A DNA stretch of 64,000 nt from Paramecium tetraurelia (taxonomy: Eukaryota), in assembly GCA_000165425.1 (NCBI GenBank), contig CT868219.1:66728-130727 (forward strand), written 5' to 3'. The notes under the pieces were generated by a model, which worked only from the letters and a program-made list of their open reading frames with translations, did not search any database and was not told the origin of the DNA. Of this stretch, positions 27,456 to 40,648 are shown piece by piece. The stretch's first letter is position 1. Each line of letters opens with the position of its first letter. The translations under genes were made by a program, and so were the position numbers.

Positions 27456-29072
27456 TCACAAGATAGAATACTTGAATGAGAACAGCATTTAAACAACAAA
27501 ACAATAACTAATAAGAAAGTTACGAGTTATTATTGCTTATGATTTTAGAAGATTTAAGAAACCTAATTTTTAATAAACTTCTTATAATTTATCAACAATA
27601 AATGGTAATACATTTAACTTATAAAATAAGGCTTCACTTTTCGAATCTCTTAAAATTAAACTAATTTTGATCTACTTTACCATTCTGATATTGTTCTTGC
27701 CCTTTTATGCAGAAACCAAATCGAGATTTAAGAAAGAAAGGACATAATCACATTTCCTTTTTGAAATTAATAGGCATCTGGATAAGTTTTAATTATATAA
27801 AACTGACATTTTTATTTTTTTATTTTTTCGAAGATCTCTAATTCAAAATGATTATTTTCATTGTAATTCTTAAATATAAAGCTAAGAGCATTTATTAAAT
27901 CTCTTTATAAACTATTTCTGAATATATCAGACAATGCAATTTTTGAACTAAAAATAAAATAGGAACTTAAAACCTTGTTTAATTTACCTAGGTGAATATT
28001 ACTTAATTGAAAATAATTTTTATATAAATTTTGCTATGAGTATATTTTCATTTATCTAGCAAATTCACAAATGGATTGAAAGCAACTAAGATAGATAATC
28101 CTTTCCATCATCTAATTTATCTAGGGCATCTTCTATAAGATCATTTCTTATATAGTTTATCATCTCATCTTGATCTTGACATCTCAAAATTTCAACTTAT
28201 TGCATTTTTAGTAATTAAATGATAACAGTCTACAAAATTGCTTTTTTTGTATTTAATTTATTTTACATTCTTTTTCATACAAGAAAATATCAATAATTCG
28301 AAGTGCCAATTCCTTCCTGACAAGCTAAAACAAGGAAAATATATAGGAGTCAAAACAATCTTGTGGTTTGACTTTTAATTCTTACATTTTATAATAAATT
28401 AAAGGAACTTCGAACTAAATCCGCTTTTCAATAATATCAAGAATTGTCATATCCATTAAAAATACTAAAATAATAAGGTAGTACAATACCTTTTCTATAG
28501 TTTTAGATATTTAAAATGTGGTTTAAAATAATAAAGCTTAGTTCCTCTTGTACCTATTGTTCTAGAATTGAAGATGCTATGAAATTCATTCCCTTTACGT
28601 ATTTGACTTCCTTATCTAAATTAGAATAAGCAATTAAAATCCTTTTTAATTTATCTAATTTCTCCTAATCAACTTTTTCCTGCTCTGAATTTTTATCTGA
28701 TTAGCTTGAATCAGATGAACCAGAGAATCGTTTTGAATTGCCTTTTTATCGAAAACTTCCATTCAAATCTTTAAGTATGTATTGTTCTGATGGCGTCTCA
28801 TATTACAGTTTTTAATATAAGACATTTTTGATTCTAGCTTTCTCAGTCAGCCAAAACCAAACTTGACATCTTAGATCTTGGGGAAAATTATGTCTCAGAT
28901 TATAACTTAATTCAGAATAGCCTTAATCCTCTGACGATCCTTTCATAATCTCTATCCATCGTTCCTTGGTAAACTTAGGGCATATTTCACTGTTTCTTTG
29001 CTTCGGTTTTGATTTAGATCTATGCGGAGATTCACCCGTTTTTATTCTTTTTGCATTACAACACATTAACAT
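27456..29072 (-). CDS. TBC/Rab-GAP domain protein (3' end uncertain)
   Basis: FPQDLRCQVW, ILKDLNGSF, LKRILIAYSNLDKEVKYVKGMNFI. Confidence 0.8.
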
Positions 29073-30510
29073 ATTATTTTAATTAACATAATAAGCTTTA
29101 GTTAAAATTAGAATCAAATAGCAATAATCATAAAGTAAATTGTCCTTAAAAGCATTCAAAAAAATGTAAAAATGAGAATAAAGAATAGTAAAACAGGTTA
29201 GAATTAAAAATAAAATAAGAATAATTCATTATTTATTTTTTGATAAATTTTGATATTTATTTTTTAATCTTTATACTTTTTAGATTCATTTTCTACTTTT
29301 AATTACGTCTCCTATGAAATCAGAGTTGTTGCTTTGTCAAAATTTGAGTAATGCAAATTTTCTGATTTTCTATTCTATTTTTGAAATAGCAGAATTTAAA
29401 AAATGAGCTAATTTTAAGTACCAAAATTTGTTCTATTTTTGTCTAGAATTATAAAAAAATGTTCTATGCGTATGAAAAGATATAATTTCTATTAATTAAA
29501 ATATCAGAGATGGAAAATAGTTGAAAGAATACTAAAATAAAATCATAATTCGACCTAATAATTTCAAATGTTATTGGGTAGATCTTTTTTTACATAAATC
29601 AAAAATCTTTTTGGGATAATAATATAGCTCGAATTGTGAAAAAGAAGAATTAATCAAATATTGGAAAGAATAAAGTTGATAAATTAGTTAAATGAAATAC
29701 TGACACCTTAAAATGAAACAGTTTATAAAGAAAATGAAATATTTTAAATATTTTAATGTTTATATAAAGTCAGAAAGTGAAGCAATACATTGAAACAATT
29801 TTTATAGGAGCATGAATACTTTTGATATAAATAATGCAAGTAAATTTTTTTTTGATAATTATGAATTTTCATTCCTTATGATTTCTATTTATACAGAAAG
29901 AATAAACGAGCTTATTCATTAAACCTTTGGATTTTTTTGGATTTTAGAATTAATGACTTAGATTATATGTTAATTTATTAAGAAACCTCAAATTTTAGGA
30001 TACAAAATGATTTTGTTTTAATTTTTATTTAAGAAAAACAACAAAAGATAATAAAATATTGAATTTTTCTATTTAAACACTATATTTTATTTAGCCATAT
30101 AGGTTTTAGGTTAGATATTCATCTAATAGAAAATTATTTTTTTCTAATTATTGAAATGAACAGTTATTATAAACAGAGATATTTATAATATAACCATTTA
30201 ATAAAGTTACAGCATTTTTATATTTTGAATTGACTATGCACATTAATGAGAAGTGAAATAATACTCATAGTCAATCTTTTAAAAATAGAAATTACTAAAA
30301 CTAAGAATAAACTAAGGTCTATAGTATTATAATTATTTTATAAAATTCAGTACTTAAACCTTAATTTAAAAAATCTTGTGATAATATAAATTATTTCTTG
30401 ATTGAACTTTTGTATATATATTTTGTTAGTTAAGTATTTTGGATATCACAGATTTTTTCCTGAGAGCAAACATATTAAAATTATTTATTTATTAATTATA
30501 TTATCATTAA

Positions 30511-32107
30511 ATGGGGATTTGTTCTGGGAAACAGCAACCAAGTAGGCATGCCAAGCAGCATTTAAGTGAAATAAAAAGATTTGCTAAACAAAACATTAGA
30601 TAGTTTTACCGATTTGGAAAGGTTTTAGGATCAGGAAGTTTTGGTACTGTAAAAGTGGGTTACAGTGTCAGAGATTCAAAAGAATTTGCAATAAAGACTA
30701 TTCATAAAGTAAACACGATGGTCCAAGTAGTATCGAATGCGAGAATAATTCTACCTTGTACTCAGAGAGTTAGACATCCTTACACAATTGGATCATCCAA
30801 ATATCATTAAAGTATTTGAAGAGTATGAAGATGACATGTATTATCACTTTGTTATGGAATATTGTAGTGGAGGAGAATTATTAGAAAGGATAGTGGAAAA
30901 AGGTATTTTCAACAATATTATTTTCAATTCTAGGTTATATTGGAGAATCTGAATCGAAAGTTATAATGCAACAATTGTTTTCAGCAATAAATTATCTTCA
31001 TTCAATGGGAATAGCTCATAGAGATTTGAAACCAGAAAATATTCTTTTTGCCTCAAAGGATAAAGATGCTCCAATTAAGGTAATAGATTTCGGATTGAGC
31101 AAGAAGTTTAGAAATATAAATTAAAAGCTTTAGAGAATGAATAGTAAGGTAGGAACTCCAATATATGTTGCACCAGAAATCCTATCTGGAGAGTAATAAT
31201 AAATGTAATTTAGTTATTCTTTCTAATGTGATGAATGGTCTTTAGGCTGTATCATGCATGTATTGCTCTGTGGGAATCCTCCATTCTAAGCTAAGTAATT
31301 AGATAAGTTGGAAGTTAAAATCAAGCATTCTGAGGTTGATTTCTCATTTACTGCTTTTGATCGCGTGTCTTCTGAGGCTAAGAATTTGATTAAGAGCTTA
31401 TTAGTAAAGTAACCTAAGAAGAGAATCACGTGTGAAAAAGCATTAGAGCATCAATGGTTTAAAAATATGAAATTAAGTTCTCATTAATAATAATTAACCA
31501 ATAGTGATCATTAAAAAATATTAAGATTGTTGCATACTTATGCCAATTCATCCAAATTAAAAAAAGAGACACTTAAAATATTAATTAACTAACTTACTTA
31601 AAGTCAAATATCTTAGTTAAAGGAAGTTTTCACTACATATGATAAGGATTGCAATGGTACTATCTCTATTTAAGAACTTTTATAAATAATGGCAAATCTC
31701 GGATTTAAGAAAAGCGAAGAAGAACTTGTTTAAATGATTAAAAAATTTAATAATATCAATCCTTCTAGTGATGATATCACCTAAGATACATAAATTACAT
31801 ACACTTCATTTTTGAGTGCCTTAGTGAATTGCAAGAGTTTTTTAAACAAAGAAAGATTATGGAATCTATTCAAATACTTTGATAGCAACAATCAAAATTT
31901 TATTACTATAGAGGACGTAAGGAAAGCCTTTGAGAGAGAAGGAAGACAATTATCTCAATCAAAATTAATTTCTTTATTTTAGGAAATAATGTAAAATGAG
32001 GAACAGAAAACAATTGATTTTGAGTAGTTTTGTCAAATGATGTAGGATAATTTATATAATAGCAATAATGAGAAGAACAATCTGGAATAAGAATTAGATT
32101 GCTTTGA
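30511..32107 (+). CDS. Calcium-dependent protein kinase (CDPK)
   Basis: MGICSG acylation-type start, GSGSFG, HRDLKPEN, DFGLS, GTPIYVAPE, junction region and EF hands (DKDCNGTISIQEL, DSNNQNFITIEDV). Confidence 0.93.
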
Positions 32108-32879
32108 AAATTGACTAATATTAACATTTATTTAAAACTAATTATATTTTTTTTAAGAAATTCATATGGACGATATTTAAAATATTAGATCTCTAATGAA
32201 ATTGAAAAGGTGCTTGTTTTTAATTTAATCCAATTATATTATATTCTAATTTTGGTTTAGGTCTATTTTATTTTTATTTCTATTCTAAATTTACTGTCTT
32301 TTAAAATGCTTAAGAAATTTATTTTATTCATTTTTCTCCAATTAATAATTTTCTAACAAGTTGAAATTTTTTAAGACCCCAATTAGATATTTTCATTTTA
32401 GTTTATAAATTAATATTAATTAGCTGACCCAATTTATGTGTTAATATAAAAAAAATACAAAATCATTTGAATAAGTATACAAAAATTAAGTGTTTAGAAT
32501 GGTTATATAAAATAAAGTGAATAAATCTGAAGATATAACATTACCGTTAGAATATCACATTATATTTACATATAATGATTATAATTAGATATGATATAAC
32601 TTGGATTAAAGAATAAATTTAATGTGAAGGTTTTATCTATAACTAAGTGCAATCTTATCAATTTAAGTTTTATTTTAATTCATTAAGCAATTACTAAAAT
32701 TCTCAAGCTGGTTATTGAAATGGATTCTAAATTATTTTTATTTACTCCATATTCTAATCAAGATAATATATCTTCTTATTGTTATTCTTAATTTGAAAAT
32801 AGATTGAGAATAATTAGATAATAATTTGAAGTATATAAGGTTTTAGTGATAATTTTCACATTAAAATTAATTGAAAATT

Positions 32880-35812
32880 ATGAGCTCTTATTTTCTAAAT
32901 TCAGGACTCAAAAGGGATGGGTAGTTGCAATTGATACCTGAACACATTCGCTTTAATTTAACATAATTAGCACCCTCTGATGTTGGGATAGTTTAATTTT
33001 AAATAATTTTAGCAGAGCAGGAATAAAATATCATCGAATTACTCGATATTCAGGATAACCTTGGAAATCCCTTAATCAAAATAACATTGAAATAAAGAGA
33101 GATTATTATTCAATATTTGGATAATACCTACAAATTTCCAATTCAATAAATCATTTTATACAAATTGTATCCAATATTTATATCCTTCCATGACGAGATT
33201 ACTTTGATTACAAATTTTACTATTCAAAGTCAAAAGCTCGCTTAGAGATTTACCTACACATCCAATAAGATGGGATTATTTTTAGGAAGTAGGAGTAATT
33301 TGAATGCCTTTACAGGGATTACAAGAAACTTATAGATTAGGTTTGTAAAAGAAATCGAATTGAAAACACAAATAGAAGGTGAGATAAAGACATAGAAGAA
33401 TATTGTGGATGACTTGGATTATATTGAATCAATTAAATATAAATTGCCATTTAGCAAACCTTTATTATCAATAGAGGAGCTGGATAATTGGAAACCTAAT
33501 GAAGAATATGCAATACTTCCAATTTAATAACTGAAGAAAATTAACAGAACAACAAATCAACCTCTCTTAGTATGTCATGATATGTAAGGGGGATACAAGG
33601 AAGACATTTGGTGCTTTGGAAATCCATTGAGATAAAATAGTTATCGCTTTTATTATATGACCCATTGTGACATTTTTGTTTATTTTTCACATAATTTTAT
33701 TACGATTCCAAGCATGCCCTACATTAACATTTGTCATTAATTCGGCACAAAGATATTAGGAACCATAATAACAGAAGGAGATGATAATACATTGACTAAG
33801 TAAATATTAGACTTAAAGTATGTGGATAAACTAGTGCAAATTTGTTAGTTCTATAAATTTGATGGTTATCTATTGAATATAGAAACAAATGTGGATAATG
33901 TAGAATTGTTTATTCAATTTATCAAAGAATTGAGTGATAAATTGTAATCAATAGGAGCTATGTTGATGTATTATGATAGTCATAATGCTGAGGGGGTTTT
34001 GAAATGGTAATCTGAATTGAATGAAGACAATATGAAATACTTCTAAGCTTGTAATTACTTTTTCAGTGATTATCATTGGAATTTGAATAAATTGGCCAAC
34101 ACAGAGAAGAATGCTGGAAGTCAGAAGAATAATGTTTTTGTAGGAATTGACATTTGGGGCAGAGGATAATATGGAGGTGGATAATTCGATAGTTATGTTG
34201 CATTGAAGGAGATTAAGAAAGCATAATTAGCCACAGCCATTTTTGGTTAGGCTTGGACTTACGAAACCTCGAATGATAGTCGATCATAGTTTATTCAAAA
34301 TGATAATTCATTATGGCAAGGGAAGAATACAGTATCACTGTTTGATAAACATAAAAATCAATGGGTAATTACATCTAATGGGGGATCTGGATGGAAAGTT
34401 GTGCAGGAAAATGGAGAGGAAATTGCAATTACATCCTTTGATTGGTGTATAAGGACTTATACAATTTAGTTGAACTTAGTGTCTTCTAACAAGGGAGGTA
34501 TTATACAATTCAATGCAAGAGTCAAAGGAACTGGACCTAAATTTGATGATTTATATGTAATTAATAGTGTTATTTGGTTAGCTGATTGGTATCGAGTTAT
34601 ATGATAGATAAAATAAATGTATTGCTAGTATTGATTCATTCTCTACAAAGGTGAACAAGAAAGAAATTCAATTTAATGCTGAAAATGTTAATGTTGCTGA
34701 TGATAAATGGAGAGAACATACTTTAAGTATCAAAACTACTGATGATACATAATATGTCAAATTTATAGAGGTAGGAAAAGATGTGGAATTATGGGGTGGC
34801 AATTATGGTACTTAATTCACTGGCGAATCTATGGTTTATATTAGTTATGACAGTAACAAGGATTTATTGAGGATGATTAAACCAAGAACTTATGAAGAAT
34901 TCCCTCTACAGACCTACTATAATAATGCAGTTGGAGAAGCATATTATATTGATGGTCAAAAGTTTACACATTATAAGGGATACTATGATAATTTGAACGA
35001 TTTTGATTATTCCTTATCTTATCCCACGAAAAAGATCGTGAGTCAAGACATTCAAGATAATTGGGAAAGTAGTATCTGCTTTAGTGATGCATGGAATGGA
35101 AGCAGTTGTATCAAGATCAAAGGTGATTTGCAAATTCAAAAGAGCTTTCTCATCAAATTATTTAAGACCAGGATTGATCCTTAAGGGAATATAACTGCTA
35201 GTATCAACATAAAGAATTTCGATAAGAAGATTTTATCAATGAGTTTAGTTTTAAAATTTGGAGACAAGATCTTATAGTAATTTAAACCAACAAAGATACT
35301 TACAAACTAAGGTTGGGATATTGCTTAATACACAATTGAAAATCCAGGTTAAAGTTTGAAATCTGTTTATCTTAAAATTGAGAATATTTCTTAACAATAG
35401 TAAGCAGTCGATGGGCTTATTGGTGGCTTAGCCATTTATGATGATAACTACATTGAGTAAATGAAGACTACCAAAGTAGATTTCAAAGACCCAACCAAAT
35501 ACATCAAGAATATTTAGTTGAAGGAGAGCGTTACAAATCTCTATGATTTATATATTTAATTTGACTTAGGAGAATTGGAACCACTCCTTAAAACTATTAG
35601 AGTCTTTAAGTAAATCATTTTTATTACAATATAGTGACAAGCAATGGATTGGAAATGTAAGATCTAATTATGCTTATTTCTCTGAACTTGCTCTTGATGG
35701 AAACGATATGATTATCAAATTGTAGATTATTTTACACAATGGAAACCACATTAAGGCCGAATCTGTCAAACCATTTATCCTTAATTCAGATAAAATTATT
35801 AGATTGCCATGA
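32880..35812 (+). CDS. ENGASE: GH85 endo-beta-N-acetylglucosaminidase with extra beta-sandwich domains
   Basis: LVCHDMQGGY, DIFVYFSH, KILGTIITE, FDGYLLNIE (catalytic N-x-E), YYDS..LKWQSELN, VFVGIDIWGRG..GGG, AIFGQAWTYE. Confidence 0.93.
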
Positions 35813-35825
35813 AATATATATTATT

Positions 35826-37495
35826 ATGCATTTAATTCCAAAATTGACTAAATTAAACAAATCTCAAGAAGACATCTCTGCTATTTAAGATTATCTAAGT
35901 CAATTACCTTAATTTCAAGCTCCCTATGAGGTCTTGAAAGATGTATTAATTAATTACTCATATAGTTGTGCAAAACAATAGGATATGTCTATTTTGAAAC
36001 TGGTCAGGTAATCTAACAAAATAATAAATTTGCATTCTATGTAATTAAAGGATTGCTCCAATTAGAAGACAATATATAAATTCTACCTGAAATGTGGTAT
36101 GATGGAGATTTAGGTTTTGAAGTTAAAGTATTCATTATTTCCTATTCAATTTAGCAAGATACTCATTGTTTTGCCTTACCCATATATTTATACAAAAAAT
36201 TTAGCTCTATTCATGGTGTTTTGTATAAACAAAGGAAAAAATCAATAATAGCCAATCTACCTATTCTAGAAAAAATTGCTCCTAAAATATAAGAATAATT
36301 GATCAGACATTTCCAGGAGGTCAAGTTTGCACATACAGACTTGATATAAAAAATGGATGAACCTGGAAATGCCTTATTTATTTTACAATATGGAGTTTTG
36401 AGTTTAAGTAAAAACTATTAGAAAGCTCTTTCTCATTATGAAAAATAAGTATTGCCTAGAAAATTCTGGTTTAATGAAATTGTTTTATGTTAATTAAATG
36501 ATCAAGGTGTTTTGGGAGAGGAATTTACTCAATAAGAAAAAGCTCTTTACAATGTTAAAGTAATGTCTAAATCTGTATCTCTTTTAATGATATCTATGTA
36601 ACAACTTAAAAACATATCTCCATAAGTTTTTCAATTTGTTTCTAAAATGTTTAAGGAGAAAAGTATTTTGAGAGATGAGATTTATAAATAAAAATGCCAA
36701 GAATTAGAGAAGAATTGGTAAAATACCAATAAAGATTAGATGCTCAATTAGGATATTAAAAAAACAATTTCCTTTAAAGTTCTATCTAAATAAACTTCTA
36801 CTTGTCAAGATTAACAAAGTCAAACTAATGAGGATCAATTTGGAGCTCTATTCGGTAATTTGTCTTATCAAAAGATGCCAACATTCATTTAATAATACTT
36901 CAAATAAAAGCATCTTAAAGTTAAGAAACGACAAGATCAATATCCATTAAACTATTCGAATTCAACCACTATAAATCATATAGATTCAACTTTTGATCCG
37001 TTCATTTTACTTTAGAAAACAAAACAAAAAATGCTGGTTCAATAACATTCTTTAAAATAATAACATGGTTTCCGTTTGATCAAAACAAGGCAAATAGATC
37101 GAAAATCAGAATAAACCAAATCACAGTAAATCAGACCCAATACTTCTCAAATAACTGTTTCGTAGCAATCTTAATTTGGATAAACTTTACAACTATAACA
37201 ATCACTAAATCAGCAAAGTCATGCTTCTAGTTCAGAATTAAATCTCTAGAAAACAACCTTATAGAGTTTTCACCACCAAAAACCAATTATCAGATAATTT
37301 AAAAAAATACAAAGGAGTTCCTCTGTTCATAGGATTGATGATATACCCTTCTCTCTGATACCTTAGCTTAAAAATAAAAGTAATTTAAATAAATATATAG
37401 CCCCTAGAGATAATATGTTTTATCTAAATTAATAATAAAATTATTTAGGCCAAAGAATCAAAGTCAATCAATTGTTGCATAATTCTATAGATTGA
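35826..37495 (+). CDS. Cyclic-nucleotide-binding-domain protein
   Basis: FAFYVIKG and DEPGNALFILQYG..LNDQGVFGEE cNMP-like repeats; several short introns. Confidence 0.7.
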
Positions 37496-37518
37496 TTTAT
37501 AAATATATAATTATAATT

Positions 37519-39259
37519 TCATAAAGGTGACAATGATTATCTACAACTAGGACATGATAGTTTGATTGACATCCATTTGACTAGACAAAGTACATGAAAT
37601 TTGTGATCCTTTAATAATTACATTTCTTTATACACATGGAGTTTTCATATAATGATTTTTCTATTTCTTTATGGCTTCTTTTATCATATAATTTCGTTCC
37701 TCTTCGTTAGTTAATCTTATTGTGGGCACCTAATGAAGCACTCCCATACAAATCGAACACTCTTCATTAAATAAATGCTAATATTATTTAATCATTTTAC
37801 TGCATATTCTGAAGATGGTCCTTCCTCGAGGTCAAAGGAAGTTGGAATCTTGTAATAGTAGTTATATTTTGAAGGAAAACAAATCTTAGGCAAGAAAAAT
37901 TGTGGACCCCATTCATTTTATAATATATGCACTCCAATCTATATTGCAACACTCACAAGAATGCAAATGATGGATATTGGCATTGGCTTGAGAGAGAATA
38001 AATTGTTCCAATATAATCTAAAGTAAGCATAATAGATTAATCGCGGCAATAAGAATCCACAAATCAATTTAGAGTTGAATCTTACAAATTATCCTCTTTA
38101 AGCAGCATGAGTAATCTATGGTACTATGTATAAGCTTAAAAAAAATAAAAGCCATGATGATACAATATACTCATAGATCAAATACATAGTGCTGAACATA
38201 CTCAAGTACAAAATTAAGTAAAATTTGATAACATGATTCCTAAAACTTTAATCATTTCCAACTGTGTTCTTCCATAATATCATCAATATTCTCATTTCAA
38301 ATATTGAAAACAATAGAAATTGTAGAAATGATGGAGTTATAAAATATTAAAAAAAAGTTTCTGATTGCATTGCCTAAAAGAAATTCAAAAAGCACAAGTA
38401 TAAATCCTGAACCATAACAAAGCCTATAGAAAACATGCTATATTCTTCAGGGTTATCCAACCCTTCAATCAGTGCTCGAAGTATTCTCAACCCATAAATC
38501 ATACAACATAAGCAAACAGCACTATTCAAAAATGAATAGGTTATCACTTAACTCTCAACCTCCTCTGTATCATCTTTAACTGTTCCTAAAAACATTTAAT
38601 GAAAATTCTGACATTGCATTTCTACTCTCACATCCATAACCAATTATTCAGCAAAACTTATATTCATATTATTAGTTATGTTCTTTAATTCCATAATTAA
38701 TTCATTTTAACACCCTATCACTCATATTTATAATAATACCTGTAGTATCATTGTTTTGCACCTTTAAAGTTAAAGGAGTATTGAAGGTTTTAACGTATTC
38801 AGGAACATTCAGATAAAACCAAAACTATTGCTGAGGATCATCAAGGTAGGTACTTGTAGAAAACAGTACGCTTATGTTAAAATCTGGTTTTTATTGGTTG
38901 TACTAATACACATGGAAATGTGTATAAGTTCTGTTGAGCAGTCCTTTATAATGCTTTTCAGTAAAAAATGAAAAGAATTGGTATAAATAGCATTCAGCTG
39001 AAGGCTTATTTGTGGAATTTTCTATTTTCAGAATTATTTATACAGATATAATTAAGCAGGCCTTAGTCTCCAGAAACATTTAGACATTAATTCAAACTAT
39101 TAATATGAACTTCTGAATCCTCAGTATAAGTTACGGAGCACATGATCATAGCTGAGATGCTCAAGAAAATAAGAAACTTGATTCCTATATGAATGTATTG
39201 TGGATCATACGTCTTGTTCTGAAATCATTTCCTTACTCTATTTGATTATGTGGCAGCAT
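37519..39259 (-). CDS. Multi-pass transmembrane RING-H2 E3 ligase, Tul1/FLY1 (Dsc1)-like
   Basis: Several TM helices, VPQITHAA and GPQFFLP segments, C-terminal CSIC..YMKTPC|DHKFHVLCLVKWMSIKLSCPSCRQSLSPL. Confidence 0.85.
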
Positions 39260-39561
39260 TATAATTTATTTTAAATAATATAATATATTTACGAATTTTT
39301 ACGATTTCTATTTTCTCTAGTTAAATAATATACTTACATGTAATTCAAAACCATGTTTAATCAAAATTACAAATTTTTAAATAATTCTTAAACTAACTAA
39401 GATTCTCAAATCAATTCTATATAGTTTGATCTCATCCCTCTTCAATTAATTAAACTTAATATAAAGAATTAAAAGATTAACATAGAAAAACACAAGTATT
39501 AAATTAAATTATGAAAGGGTGTAAGGTTATTTTTTTCGATATATAATCATTTTATTTATCG

Positions 39562-40347
39562 TCATTTCTTTTTTTGCACTACTGGGGCATGAATTGGTGC
39601 TACTTATTTGATTTGCTGGCTTTATGTGTGTTTATGTGCTGGTGTTTATTACATAGGTTTATTAGGGACTAATTAAAGTTTTAATCCATTTGGTTTTGGA
39701 GGCTCTCGTACACTCATTCTTTCCGGTTATGTTTTAAGTTCATCAATTTCATCGATATCATCATTATCATTCAGTTTTGGGCTTGGTGATGCAGACAATG
39801 ACCTTGCAGGACTTGAAGGCTATCTTTAATTGAGTTGTTTGTCAAGTTTAATGATCATTTAAGTAATTTATACAAATGCATATGAAACTGAATATTAATT
39901 ACTAAATTTATGACATGATTTTACTCCTGTTATATTTCATTGTATTTTTGTATCCAATAATTAGCAATTTGCATGTTTTTAGATGTTATTTGATTTTTAT
40001 TAATAAACTCCTTAAATTTTCTTAAGTTTTCCAAAAATTTCTCAACATCGTTTAAAAACATATGTAACAAACTCCAATTGAGATTCTATCTAAATATATT
40101 GATTTACCTTTTCATCTAATAGTTCACAAGGGATCTCTCGAATAAGTCCTGCAAATAAAGAGACAAGAGAAGCAGTTGCAAAAATATTCATCTAAGATGG
40201 ATTCACCATTTTATGCAAAAGCTATAATATAATAAAAATTAATACACTGAGGGCTCTATGATCAAGTGCATTCACTTAATCTAATACGTGTTAAAAGGTG
40301 ACCACTTATGGCTTAAGGGATTATCTATTATAATTGCCTCTAAACAT
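39562..40347 (-). CDS. Small protein with dynein microtubule-binding-domain-like N-terminus
   Basis: MFRGNYNRQ...VQKKK-TGA with three introns; see finding for the motif comparison. Confidence 0.7.
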
Positions 40348-40648
40348 ATAATGTAATTAAAAATAATGAAGATTAATTAAAAATCTCAGTATATATTTCT
40401 AATCAATTTTTAATGAATACCAAACTTATGGTAATTGCCATTAATATAAATTTAACACCACATGAATTAATGATTTTTTAAAATAACTACAAGTAATTTT
40501 ATCAAATCACTCAATTTTAACTTTCATTTGGAATTCTTAATTTATAAAAGTTCTGTGTATCCTGATTATCAGAATTGTTTATGATTAGATTTGAATATAA
40601 ATAATATTTATAATTATATGTTATTCTCTATGATGATATTTAATAAAC

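Noticed and set aside
32880..39259. ENGase plus Tul1-like E3 as a glycoprotein quality-control cluster
   Set aside because: They are separated by an unrelated gene and convergently oriented; proximity alone is not evidence.
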